Source: an uncultured virus (IMG/VR IMGVR_UViG_3300046537_000053)
Lineage: Duplodnaviria > Heunggongvirae > Uroviricota > Caudoviricetes > Schitoviridae
IMG/VR virus record: IMGVR_UViG_3300046537_000053
DNA length: 64,000 nucleotides
Strand: one strand, 5' to 3'
A model generated the notes under the pieces. It ran no database searches. It had not been told where the DNA came from and saw only the letters and a program-made list of their open reading frames with translations. Below are positions 27,453 through 38,000 of the stretch, in pieces (the first letter of the stretch is position 1; each line of letters opens with the position of its first letter). The translations under genes were made by a program, and so were the position numbers.

Positions 27453-28427
27453 ATGCTTGCCGCATCGTACAAGATTTCCGTGCCATTAAGCGTACCGACC
27501 ACGGCCAAAAAGAAGTTCTATCTGAACCTCAACCAGTATCGGAACGCTCATCATTTCACTTTGGCTCGGGCCAAGGTAAATTTTCATGAGATGATGGCTC
27601 CCAGAGTCAAACATCTCCCGCAGTTCGCCACCGTCAACCTGATCTTTACACTGTTTCCCGGCACGGAACAGTTGGTTGACACGTCGAATGTGTGCAGCAT
27701 CGTCGATAAATTCTTCAGTGACGTGTTGGTTAAATGTAATAAGATTGAGGATGACAATCGCAAGATTGTTCTTTCGGTGGTGTATCGTTATGGGGAAATC
27801 GATCGTCTCGACCCACGAGTCGAGGTGACGATCGTTCCAGGCGAAATCGCTCCTGGCCTAGTCACAGTTGACCAACCGAAAAGGGAAAAGCCAATGCAGA
27901 TTACCATCAACCAGGCGGAGATCGAACAGGCGATCGAGGCCCGTGTCCGCAGCCAGATCATGGTGCAGGCCGGGTTCAAGATCGACATCGACCTCAAGGC
28001 GACCCGGGGGCCGGAAGGCTACCAGGCCGTCATCGACATCGTCGCGGATACCGGAGCTTCGGCCCCGTCCCGTTCGACTGGTGTCAGCGAAGTCGTGTCG
28101 GAAGTGAAGGCTACCCGGGCCAGTGCCCCGGCGACGCCGGCTACTCCGGCACCCAAGGCTTCGCGTCCCCGGGCAGTGACCAAGGCAACTTTGCCGGAAA
28201 CCGCTGAACCGGAAGTCCAGCCGGAAGCCGAAGCCGCTGCCCCCGCAGAGGTCGAGGAACCGGTAGCCGCGGAAGCTGGGACGACCGCCGAGGAGGCAGC
28301 ACCTGCTGTCGCCGAGGCCGAGACCGTGGCTGCTCCAGCTGAGCCTGTCGTTGAAGCTTCTGATGAAGCGGCCCCCGCCGCCCGTCCGTCGCTCTTCGGC
28401 AACCTTCAGCCTCCGCAGAACAGCTAA
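27453..28427 (+). CDS. RusA-like nuclease fused in frame to an MQITINQAEIEQAI domain with Ala/Glu-rich tail
   Basis: LNLNQYRN, DTSNV...DKFFSDVLV...IEDDN, PRVEVTI; internal ATG 27894 with AAGGG RBS. Confidence 0.75.
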   Translation: MLAASYKISVPLSVPTTAKKKFYLNLNQYRNAHHFTLARAKVNFHEMMAPRVKHLPQFATVNLIFTLFPGTEQLVDTSNVCSIVDKFFSDVLVKCNKIEDDNRKIVLSVVYRYGEIDRLDPRVEVTIVPGEIAPGLVTVDQPKREKPMQITINQAEIEQAIEARVRSQIMVQAGFKIDIDLKATRGPEGYQAVIDIVADTGASAPSRSTGVSEVVSEVKATRASAPATPATPAPKASRPRAVTKATLPETAEPEVQPEAEAAAPAEVEEPVAAEAGTTAEEAAPAVAEAETVAAPAEPVVEASDEAAPAARPSLFGNLQPPQNS

Positions 28428-28439
28428 GGAGACCAGCTC

Positions 28440-28631
28440 ATGGGCAGGATCCTCCTGTGGATTGCTGCCCTGGTCGCCGGTGCCGGTCTTCTGACCGCAC
28501 TGGTGATCTGGCTGGCTCCACTCGTCGCTGCATTGGTGGTCCTCTATGTGGCCGGCAAGATCGTGATCTTCCGGGCGCCAAGGGTCCACCAAAATTCTGT
28601 GGATAAGTTCATTAGGCCTGTTGACGCCTGA
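28440..28631 (+). CDS. Small membrane protein
   Basis: AAGGAG RBS; long hydrophobic N-terminus. Confidence 0.8.
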   Translation: MGRILLWIAALVAGAGLLTALVIWLAPLVAALVVLYVAGKIVIFRAPRVHQNSVDKFIRPVDA

Positions 28632-28649
28632 CAACGCTAGGTCTAGTGG
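28621..28649 (+). promoter_or_regulatory. Possible sigma70-type promoter
   Basis: TTGACG, 17 nt, TAGTGG; the -10 is a weak match. Confidence 0.3.
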
Positions 28650-28661
28650 CAATTCATCCAG

Positions 28662-28763
28662 GTGGCTCCGCGCTACTTGGATTAGGTCCTTGGAGAACGA
28701 TCTTCGGATCTAGTAACCAAGACACCGAAGGAAGCCCCGGGCGTCAAAACCCGGGGCTTTTTC
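28662..28763 (+). ncRNA. Candidate structured RNA A with terminator
   Basis: GGTG/CACC, CTTGG/CCAAG, GATC-TTCG-GATC; terminator GAAGCCCCGGG/CCCGGGGCTTT plus T run. Confidence 0.4.
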
Positions 28764-28766
28764 TAT

Positions 28767-28872
28767 GGGGGTCCGCCACTCTTAACGGCCTACAAAGCAC
28801 GGGCGGTGGCAGGGATCGCAACCCGGCAATTTATCACCCCAGGTTTGACCAGGTGAGATTGTCAGGACCCCT
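28767..28872 (+). ncRNA. Candidate structured RNA B (four-way junction)
   Basis: 8-bp closing stem GGGGGTCC/GGACCCCT around three hairpins. Confidence 0.45.
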
Positions 28873-28883
28873 AACTTTTCGAA

Positions 28884-29005
28884 CATCGCGAGAGTGGGGA
28901 CACAGCATACTGAAGCGATATGCGGTTTATTTGACCGTAGAGCGCCACTCAGTTAGATACTGGGGCTCAGGCTGGTGCAGACCACCTGTGACTCGGGACG
29001 CGATG
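28884..29005 (+). ncRNA. Candidate structured RNA C (multi-junction)
   Basis: CATCGCG/CGCGATG closes GAGTGG/CCACTC, GCATA/TATGC, CGGT/ACCG and CAGG..TGGT/ACCA.CCTG stems. Confidence 0.45.
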
Positions 29006-29045
29006 GAAAGCCCTCCAGGAGAGATCCTGGGGGGCTTTCTTTTAT
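29006..29045. terminator. Terminator at convergence of middle and late transcription
   Basis: GAAAGCCCTCCAGGA-GAGA-TCCTGGGGGGCTTTC then TTTTAT. Confidence 0.8.
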
Positions 29046-29052
29046 CACATCA

Positions 29053-32000
29053 TCAGCTGAACAGGTTGACCCACGGATTGAGCAGGTGGGCCCGGAAGCC
29101 CTGGTCCAGTCCGATCGACCAGCCCTCCTTGCCCTCGGCAATGACCGACACGAAGTTGTCGGTGACGGGCGTACCCACATCCAGCCCGAGGAACGCCGGG
29201 GTTGGAGCCAGGTGAGCCAGGAAGAGATGGAGCGGATTGTTCCGCAACACCGACAGGGCGATCTTGGCCGAGCGAAGCTTGAAGTTCCAGAACCACAAGA
29301 GCCCGTTATTCTCCAGGCCCGAGCGCCAGCGACCCGGCTGACGGTCGTAGTTGATGAATTCCTCGGTCACCTTGCCCATCGCCTCGTCATGGGTCTTGCC
29401 CTTGCGGCCGGTGAGCTCGTCATAGAGCACGGCTTTAGCTAGGAAGTCACCGTATTCGACCGCCCGCTGCAGCCCCTTGAACAGGGCCGTGTCGCGAGAG
29501 ACCATGCCGTACTTGGCCGCGGTCTTTAGACCATCAGGCAACTTGTCGGTCAGCTTCTCGATATAGGCGCCAAGGCGTCCTTCGGTCAGCTCGATCTCCT
29601 CGTTGGAGATGCCGGCGTCCGAGATGGAAGCAAACTCACCCGCATTGATCAGCGGCCAGATCGACAGGCGACGATTGGCATCGAGGATCGAGCGGATCTC
29701 GCGCTTGAGATCGTGCTGCTTCTGCAGATCCTGGGTCCCCTCGGCGACCCGCAGCTCACCCTCGAGCTCCATGCGGCGGGCCCGGTTCTTGATGAACTGG
29801 TCGACTTCCGCCGCCTTGGCCGGGAACCCCTTGAGAATATGCTTCAACGGCACGCCGCGGCTGGCCAGGTGGTAGACGTTCGACATCATGTTGGCGATCG
29901 GCACCACCACCGACTTGACGACGATCGTCACCTTGGCGTCCGAGACGAACGTCTGGAAGGTCTGCTCCGCCTTGACCAGGCGCTTGAAGGCATCCTGGCC
30001 GAACACCGCCATGGCGACGTCCTGGGCCGTCTTCTGGACTTCAGGTGACCAGCGGGAAATTCCCGTCCACAGGTCACTCACCGAAGGTGAACGGTAACCC
30101 AGTGCATCATTGACCTGATCCCGCCGTACCCAGAACTGGTTCTGGCCGAACTCGGCTTCGATCAATTCCCGGGCATCGGGCGTCAACAAGCCCACCGCAT
30201 CGGCGATGACCTTGTCCTGCTGGGCCTCGCGGCTGAACAGGTTGATATATTCCGACCGCTGACTCCGCTTGTCCCGGCGCCATTGATCACCCAGCCGTTC
30301 GATCAGCATGTCGTTGAAGTCGCCGGCCATCCGCTCTTCGACCTGGCGACCGTGCCAGATCCCGATGACCTCGTGCATCTGGGTATTGTAGTTGAGCTTC
30401 TCGACCACCAGCGGATCCATGCTCCGCTCATAGGCGATCACCTCACCGGCGCCATTGCGGACCGGCAGCAGCGGCTCACCGCCCTGCATCCGCAGCAGGC
30501 GGGTATCGACGACGCTGTCTTCGACCACACCCGCGGTCGCCACACCATTGCTGAGACCGGTTCTAGGATCAACGCCATAGGCCGTTGTCCGGACATTCTG
30601 CATGATCCCCTGCATGAACATCGCACGGCCGCTGACCGGGGCAAAGTAATAGCTCTTGGCTCGGGCCCGACGTTCGGCGTTGGAGCCCTGGTAGGCACCA
30701 ACCCGGATATAGCCGCGCTTTTTCAGATCGGTGAACTGACGATCGTCGGCCACGATCAGCGAGGTACCGGCCGCCTGCTCGGTCGGGACATGGCCCTTGA
30801 AGTGGTTCATCTCGGCCAATTCCGAGCTGGCCACCTTGGCCATTTCGTCCTTACGCTGACCAACCAGTCGGCTCATGACGTGGATCATCCCGTCACGCTC
30901 GGTGCTGATCAGATCCTTGAGGGTCTCGGCGACAGCCGGGTCCATCCGCTGGACAGCATAGAGCGACACCAGCTGATCGATCATGTCGATCGTCGCCTGG
31001 TTGGGCAGCTGGAACGCATTCCGCTGGGCCACGCTCAGCACCCCATGGAGCTCGGCTACCGCTTTGGCATTCCGCAGCAGATTGACGCCCGGATGGCCGG
31101 TCGTCATGTGATCAGCCAGCTGCTCGGCCTTACGCTGCCATTTGGCAAAGTTGGCCGGGTCGATCGTCTGCAGCTGGCGCTCGAGCTGGTTGATCTGACG
31201 CTGGGTGTTGGCCGGCCGGCTCAGCAGGTCTAGCAGCTGGGGCACAGTCATCGCACCCTGAACCAGGGAAGCAAGATCCGTCTTGGCCAGGCCCTTGAAC
31301 ATCGCCGTCCACTCATGCTCCTCGAGCGCCCGGCTGAACTGCTTGGCGATCTGCTTGGGCAGATACTCGCGGAACTGCTGGCGGGTCTGCTGGACGAACG
31401 TCCGCACCGCCTTGATCATGTCGTAGACCATCTTGTTGGACTCGGTCCGACCGGCGATTTCGGTCCACAGCTCCCGCAGCGGGGTCCAGATCTCCCGCTG
31501 GTTGAGAGCCGAGGTCACGCCATTGGCGACGATCTCCGACTTTTCCTCGTTGACGATCGCCATGGTGGTCTTGCCGAGCTTGGCCAGCAGCGACAGCAAC
31601 CGGTTGCGGCTGGCCTGTTCGACTCCGTCCAGCTTCTCGTACAGCGCCTTGCTGACGTTCTGAACGGAATTGACGAAGGTATCGTTGAAAGTGTCGGAGG
31701 TCTCTCCAACTTTGGTGACGAACTGATCAACATAGTTGGCGTTGTTGACGCTGTCCTCGACCAGCTTGTCCTGCAGCGAGTCGATCGCAGCCTGGACCGA
31801 GGCCTCGTGCTGGTGCTCGCCGGAGAAGATCTTGCCCAGCCGGTCCATGCTCTCGATCCCGAAGTTCTCGAGCGTCGCGTCCCAGGTGCCATCCAGGCTC
31901 TTGGCTTCCTTGCTGACCGGCAGCTTGGCGAGCACCGAGCGGAAATGGTCATCGACCATCGCCAGACCGATGAATGCCGGTAGCAGTGACGACCGGCCGG

Positions 32001-35000
32001 CATTGTCGAGCCGGGTGCCGAACAGGCCACGAAGCGCCTTCATCTGCTGGTGGGCAGCGTACCTCTCGGCATCGTTGGCGTTATCCGGATCCGCCATTAG
32101 ATGATCCTCGGTGAGGACCTTCATGACGTCGGTGTAGTGCTTCTGCATCCGGACCATCGAGTTCGGATTGAGCTTGGCATCGGTCATCATCGCCAGGACA
32201 ATGTTGCGGAAGGTCGACGACGCCAGCTGATCCATCGGGAATTCAGACCGCATGATCTCGGTCACGTCCAACGCATTGGCGAGATCCCGGGTGATGTTGG
32301 CTTTCTGGCGGGCAGCCTCGATCGGCGAAGCTGCAGCCGTGACCAGGGCCCCGATCTTCTGACCGTACTGGGCCCGCAATTCCCTGAGCCGCTCGGTCCG
32401 GCCGAGCGTCGAATGCTCGAGCGTGGCCTCCGAGCTCTGGATCTTCTGCTCGAGCGTCGGGGCCGAGTTGATCAGCACCTCGGTGTTGAACCGCAGGTTG
32501 GAAAACAGATCATTGCCCACGGTCGACGGGATCGCCCGGCCGAACACCAGCTTCTTGATCGCCTCAAGCACCGACTTGGCAATCTCCGCCAGGGTGCCGA
32601 CGATCGAGATCTTCTGGCCCTCGGCGATGAGGTCCCGGTTGGCCAGGTTCCATGCCATAAATTCATTAAGGGCAGCGGCCTTGTTGCCCGAGGCGAGATG
32701 CCCCTGGATCGCGCGAAGCGCGTCCTGGTAGGCAATCTGCAGCCGGAGAGGCGACATGGCCCGCTCGCCCGCTTCCAGAGCATGACCGATCCAGGTCGAC
32801 ATCAGCGACTCGATGCGAGCCACCGCCTCCTTCTGGACCTCGCTCAGCGAGCCGGGGTCGTTGTAATAGGCATAGACCTGATCGAACGAAGCCGCATGAA
32901 GCAGTTCGTGGACCAGCGTCTCCGACGACGGGTTGATCAGGTAGACGTGGCGTTCCGCGGTCAGCGTGAAACCATGGGAGACCTTGCCATTATTGCCCAG
33001 CGGCGTCAGTCCCGCGGCAACCCGCTTGGCATTGATCTGCTCAAGGGTGCCGACCGTTAGCTGATATCCACCATCGACCAGCTGCTTCAACGCGATGTTG
33101 AGCAGCTTCTTGTGCTCGAGCGGGATATTGAGCTGGCGACTAAGGCTACGAACTTCAGCCATGTTGGCAGTGCGGGTGCCAAAAGTCTCATCCAGTTCAC
33201 CCAGAGTGGACAATTCCTTGGCAATAGTTTCAGACGGTACCGCCTGCTTTTCGCTCCGCAGCTTGGCCAGCTCCTTGTCGAGCTCGGCATTGAGCGTGGC
33301 AGCGATGGCCGCGGGATCCCGATCGCTGATCTTGATCGAACCCTCGTTAACGTGCGGTGCCTCGGCCGACGCCATGTGGTCGACACTGAGCTGGGTATTG
33401 GCCAGCACGTTCTTCCGTGCCTGCATAACCTGTGCCAGATCTTCCAGCTGCTGGGCCCGGAACTTGATCGCCTCGATGATCCCGTCCGCGTCGCCGGCAC
33501 CGTCTTCGAACAGCACCCGGCCGAGATCATTGATGAGCTCTTCCGACATGTTCGAGAAATCGGCATTGGCTGCGAATTCGCTGAAGGCCTGGGCCACCGC
33601 GGTCAGCGGGTTGGCCGACCAGCCATTAAACACCGCCTTGTTCATCAGGGCCGAGCCCTTGGCGGCATCGGCGATCGACAGGTTGTAACCGTCGAATACC
33701 GGCAGGCCGTCAGGACTGTTGGGATCCGTGCCGTAATTCTGGATCATCTGACCGTCACCGGTGCCGATGACGATCGTTGGAATACCCTTGACCCCGGCAT
33801 TGACCGGGCCCTCAACCTGGGCTGACGAGCGGAAATTCTCCGCGAAGTCACGGCCGAATTCCGGCTGGCGGCCACCCTTGGCCTTGCCTCGGGCATCCCG
33901 CAGATCGACTTTGTCGGAGCCAGAGATGAAAAAGCTCTGGGTCCCGGTGTGGACGAACGGCGCCATGTGCTTCAGCCGGTCGAACGCTGTACGGATTTCT
34001 GCACGGGTCAGCAGGTCACCGCGGACATTCCGTTCATCCATCGACGCACTGAGGTCGTCCTGGAAAGCGTGCTGCAGGAAGATCGACTGGATCTGGATCG
34101 CATCCCGCAGGGCTTCGACCGAAGGACGGGTCTCGCCGATCACCTTGTTCATCGCCTGGACCATCGGCCCGACGAACAGATGCTCCACCGCGGACCGGAG
34201 GTTCTTCTCCTGGCTCCGGGTGAAGGTGTAATTCTTGAACGACTTGTCCCGCGGCTGCTCGGCCGGCTCGCGGATGGCGAAGAATTTCGACTTCTTGGTG
34301 CTCCACACAACCTTGTGGTTGGTGAGGCCCGAGATTTCCTGACCGATGCTGGCCACCGAACCGTGCTGCTCGGGGTCGCTCATGCGGGCGTAGATCTCTT
34401 CGAAGATCTCGTTGACGATCTTGCCGGCGATGCCCTTGGCACCGGAACCATAGACAGTGATGGTGACCGGGTTCTTGGTCACGCCACGATCGATGATCAG
34501 GTCGGTTCCCTCGAACCGCATGTCCTTCATCATCTCGGCCATGACGTTCCGCAGGGCCTGGTTGATCAGGCTCATCTCCGGATCGCCGGCGAGGTTGGCA
34601 ACCATGCCATCGAGCAGGGTGGTCAGCTCATTCTTGACGGCCGTGTAGAGATCCACCGGATCCGCGGCGAACTGGTCGGCGAAGGTTCCCCGATCCTCGC
34701 CGATCATCAGGCCGCCCTTGGCCACCGTCTGGATCCAGCCGGGCGTGAATTCCCCATGCTGACCGACACCCATGTGGACCATGGCGTTGATCGGGCCATC
34801 GGTGACACCGTCAGCCTCGAGGTACAGCGCCGTGTCGAACCCGCTGTTGTCGTCGTGCTGGGTGAACCGGACGTAATCCTGCAGGGCGTGCAAAGCACCC
34901 GGGGTAAGGTCCTTGCCCAGCTTATCCTTCAGCAGCTGCAGATCTTCAGCGGTGAATTTTTTCTTCTCGACAATGTCGAGCACCCCATCGAGCTGGGCCA

Positions 35001-38000
35001 TCTTGTCGGTGACCAGCTGCTCGATGTTGGCCAGACCGGTCTGGTGGATCTTGATCCCCAGATGCTGGCCGACCGCGGCGAAGAACATCTTGCGATGCTC
35101 GGGGTCAGCGAGATCGATCGTCGAATGCGTCGGCAGGATGATCTCACGCAGGATCTTGGAGGCCTGCGGATTGTTGCGGCCGAGCATGTGCAGACGACCG
35201 ACTGCAGACACACCGTAATCGTAGAAAACTTCAACTTGGTCAGGACTCAGTCCCTGCTCAGTTGCAGTCTGTCGGATGTGACCTAGCAATTCCTTGAAGG
35301 TCGCATAGGCCGACCGGGCCGTGATGATCTTGCCATCCAGCGACTTGGCATGGTTGATGTTGACCGCGCCCTCTTCGAAGGCCGGGGCCCCGAACAGCTC
35401 GGCGAACTGGTCTTCGGTCAGGCCCTCATAGAGCTCGACCATCCGCATGTTGGCCCGGAACGGCACCTTCTGGTAGCGTTCGATCAGGTCCCGCTGCTGC
35501 TTGGTGGTCTTCACCAGGCTCGAACCCATTTGATATTTCGCGACAGAAGTTGGCGCGGTTCCGACAAACAGCGTTTCTTCTGGCTCGATCGTGACCAGCT
35601 TGTCGATCAGGTCCGACTTGGTCTCCTTGAGCCGGGTCGCCAGCTTGCCGGCGTCGGTATCCTTGACCGGCAGCAACCGCTGCACAGTGATCTCGCCAAT
35701 CGTGATCGGCTTGTCCTGCTCGAGCAGGCCGACCGACACCAGTGCATTGAGCAGCTCACCGGCGAATGCCTCGGTGATGCCTTCGCTATTGCCGATAAAG
35801 GCGCCAGTCTTTTCCTGGACGCCCCAGAAACGGCGGATCAACGACGCCAGCTGGCGCTTCGAGTTGACGTTGGGGTAGCCATAGTTGAAGTAAGCCGGAG
35901 CCTCGGCCGGCACTTCGGCAATGTCGACGCCCAATCGCTTGGCGATGTCTTCGGCATCCTGGTTGCGAGCCGCACTGTTGGCGATCAGCAGCCAATGCAG
36001 GGCCGCCAGGATCCCGCCCTGCAGCAGCTCCATGTCGTAGCCGGTGACCTTGCCATCCTCGGTCGAGACCAGGTTCAAGGCCTTGCCGTTGACCCACTTG
36101 TTGGCAGCTTTGCCCGCGGCAATGGCATCACCATTCTTGACCAGGAACTGGCCCAGTTGGTTGGTCATGGCGGTGGCGATCGGCCGAGCCAGGCCGAGGT
36201 AGCTGGAATAATCCTTGAGGACCTGCTCGCCGATCGGCTTCTGGAAGAACCGGTTGTCCTCGCCGACGAAGGCCTTGAGGGCCGTGCTGGATTTGAGGGC
36301 CCCGAGCAGCGTCTGGAACATCTCACGTCCCAGTCCCAACAATCGACTGATTGGCTGGGTCGGGATTTTGAAGCTTTCCTTGAACGCATTGGTGCCACCG
36401 ATCTCGAGGAGATCGGCGAACGGCTCTACAGGACCAGCACTATCATCGACAGCGGGTTCAGTTGAGTTGTCCTCAACATTTTCCACAGCTCGAACTTCGG
36501 ATGAGTCCGGCTTTTCTGCTTTGTTTTCAACAACTCCCGACTTCTCTTCAACTTTAGAGGAGTTGGGTTCGTTGGTCTTTTCCACCGCGTCGACGGTGTC
36601 CTCTGCCACGGTGTCGCCACTCGCTCCGCTCGTGGCTTCGTGGCCGGACTCCGTCTCGCGGACGAGTCGGTTTCCTTGCCGGATAAGGGTGTAAGATTTT
36701 GCACCATCGCCCTCGTTTACATTGCTACCACTGTGACGATACACCTCGAACGAGGTGACGTTGGGATGCTTGGCCATCAGCAGCTGAGCCAGTTTCAGCA
36801 CAGCAGCCGGGCCAATCGAGACCTTGTTCGAACGCTCACCGATGGTGAAGCCTTCGATCTTGTCGCCGTTCAGGATGTATTGCCCGAACACCACCTTGCC
36901 TTCCTTGGTGCGGTAGGCGAATTCGTGGCGACCCTTGTCGAGCGTGTCGGTGGCATCCGGGTACAGCACCATCGTCTTCAGCTCGCCCTTGGCGGCCGAC
37001 TTCTCGAGCCTGTCCTTGACTTCTTTCAGACGCTCGCCGCGGCTTTGCGGCTTGGCGTCCGGTTCCGGCGCCGGCTCGCTGCTTTCCTGAGCGAGGGGCT
37101 GCTCTTTCTGCTGGCGGGCGGCTTCCTCGCGGGCGGCGTTACGCGCCTGCTTGTAATTGAACTTGACCTGCTCGGCCCGGTCCTGGAGGGACTCGTCGAG
37201 CTGGGTCAGAGTGACCGGCTTGATGCCCAACTCAGGGTGCAGTTCAGCCAAGTGGTTGGCGAAGTCGACCGTCGCACGGGCATCCTCGAATACCCGCTGG
37301 GCAAAGCGAACTGACTTCGGAGCCATGGGATTAACCCACATTCCCTGCTTCTGTTCGAAGAATTTCCGGGTCTGTTGGGCTAGAGCCTTGTACGGTGTGG
37401 TGTTGGTTTCGCTACCTTCACCACCCGCCAGGTTTTCATTGATCGCAGCGATCTTGTTGTTCTGACTCTGGGCAAACTTCATTAGGTCCGCCAGCTGCTT
37501 GGCTGCCTTGGGCAGGTCACCCTGACGGATCGAGGACGAGATCTTCTGCTGGTGCGAGCTCAGCGACTCGAATTCACCTTCGCCATTGTCGCCGTGACGG
37601 ATGTCATAGGCGATCGCATGGCTCTGGGTCAGCTTGAGCTCGTTCGACTTGGCCACGTCTGCAGCCTGGATCCGGTTGAGGCCGGCTATGGCCTCAAGGC
37701 TCTGGCGTTCTGCCGGCGTCAGCGGCAGGTCACCCTTACTGGCCATCTCGAGCACCGTGTCGACGACATCCGCCTTGACGCTGCCCGGGTTCTGGATCGC
37801 CGACTTGGCGGCAATGCTGGCCCAACGGGCATCATTCTTGACCCGGGCCGCAGTGATCGCGGATGCAATCTTGTTGCCGGTCTCGATCGCCTTGTGGACT
37901 TCGGGGCTTGCACTGAAATTCTGGACGATCTCGGCCAGCTTGTTGAGCTGCTCTACCGCGGGATCGTTCTGGTCCAGCGGTTCGAACGCATCACCCAGCT

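Noticed and set aside
28905..28925. CTGAAGCGA resembling a hammerhead core
   Set aside because: Does not match CUGANGA and has no correctly placed GAAA or three-stem topology.
28646..29215. 189-aa ORF across the structured intergenic region
   Set aside because: Crosses two terminators, overlaps the vRNAP end, lacks RBS and phage codon bias.
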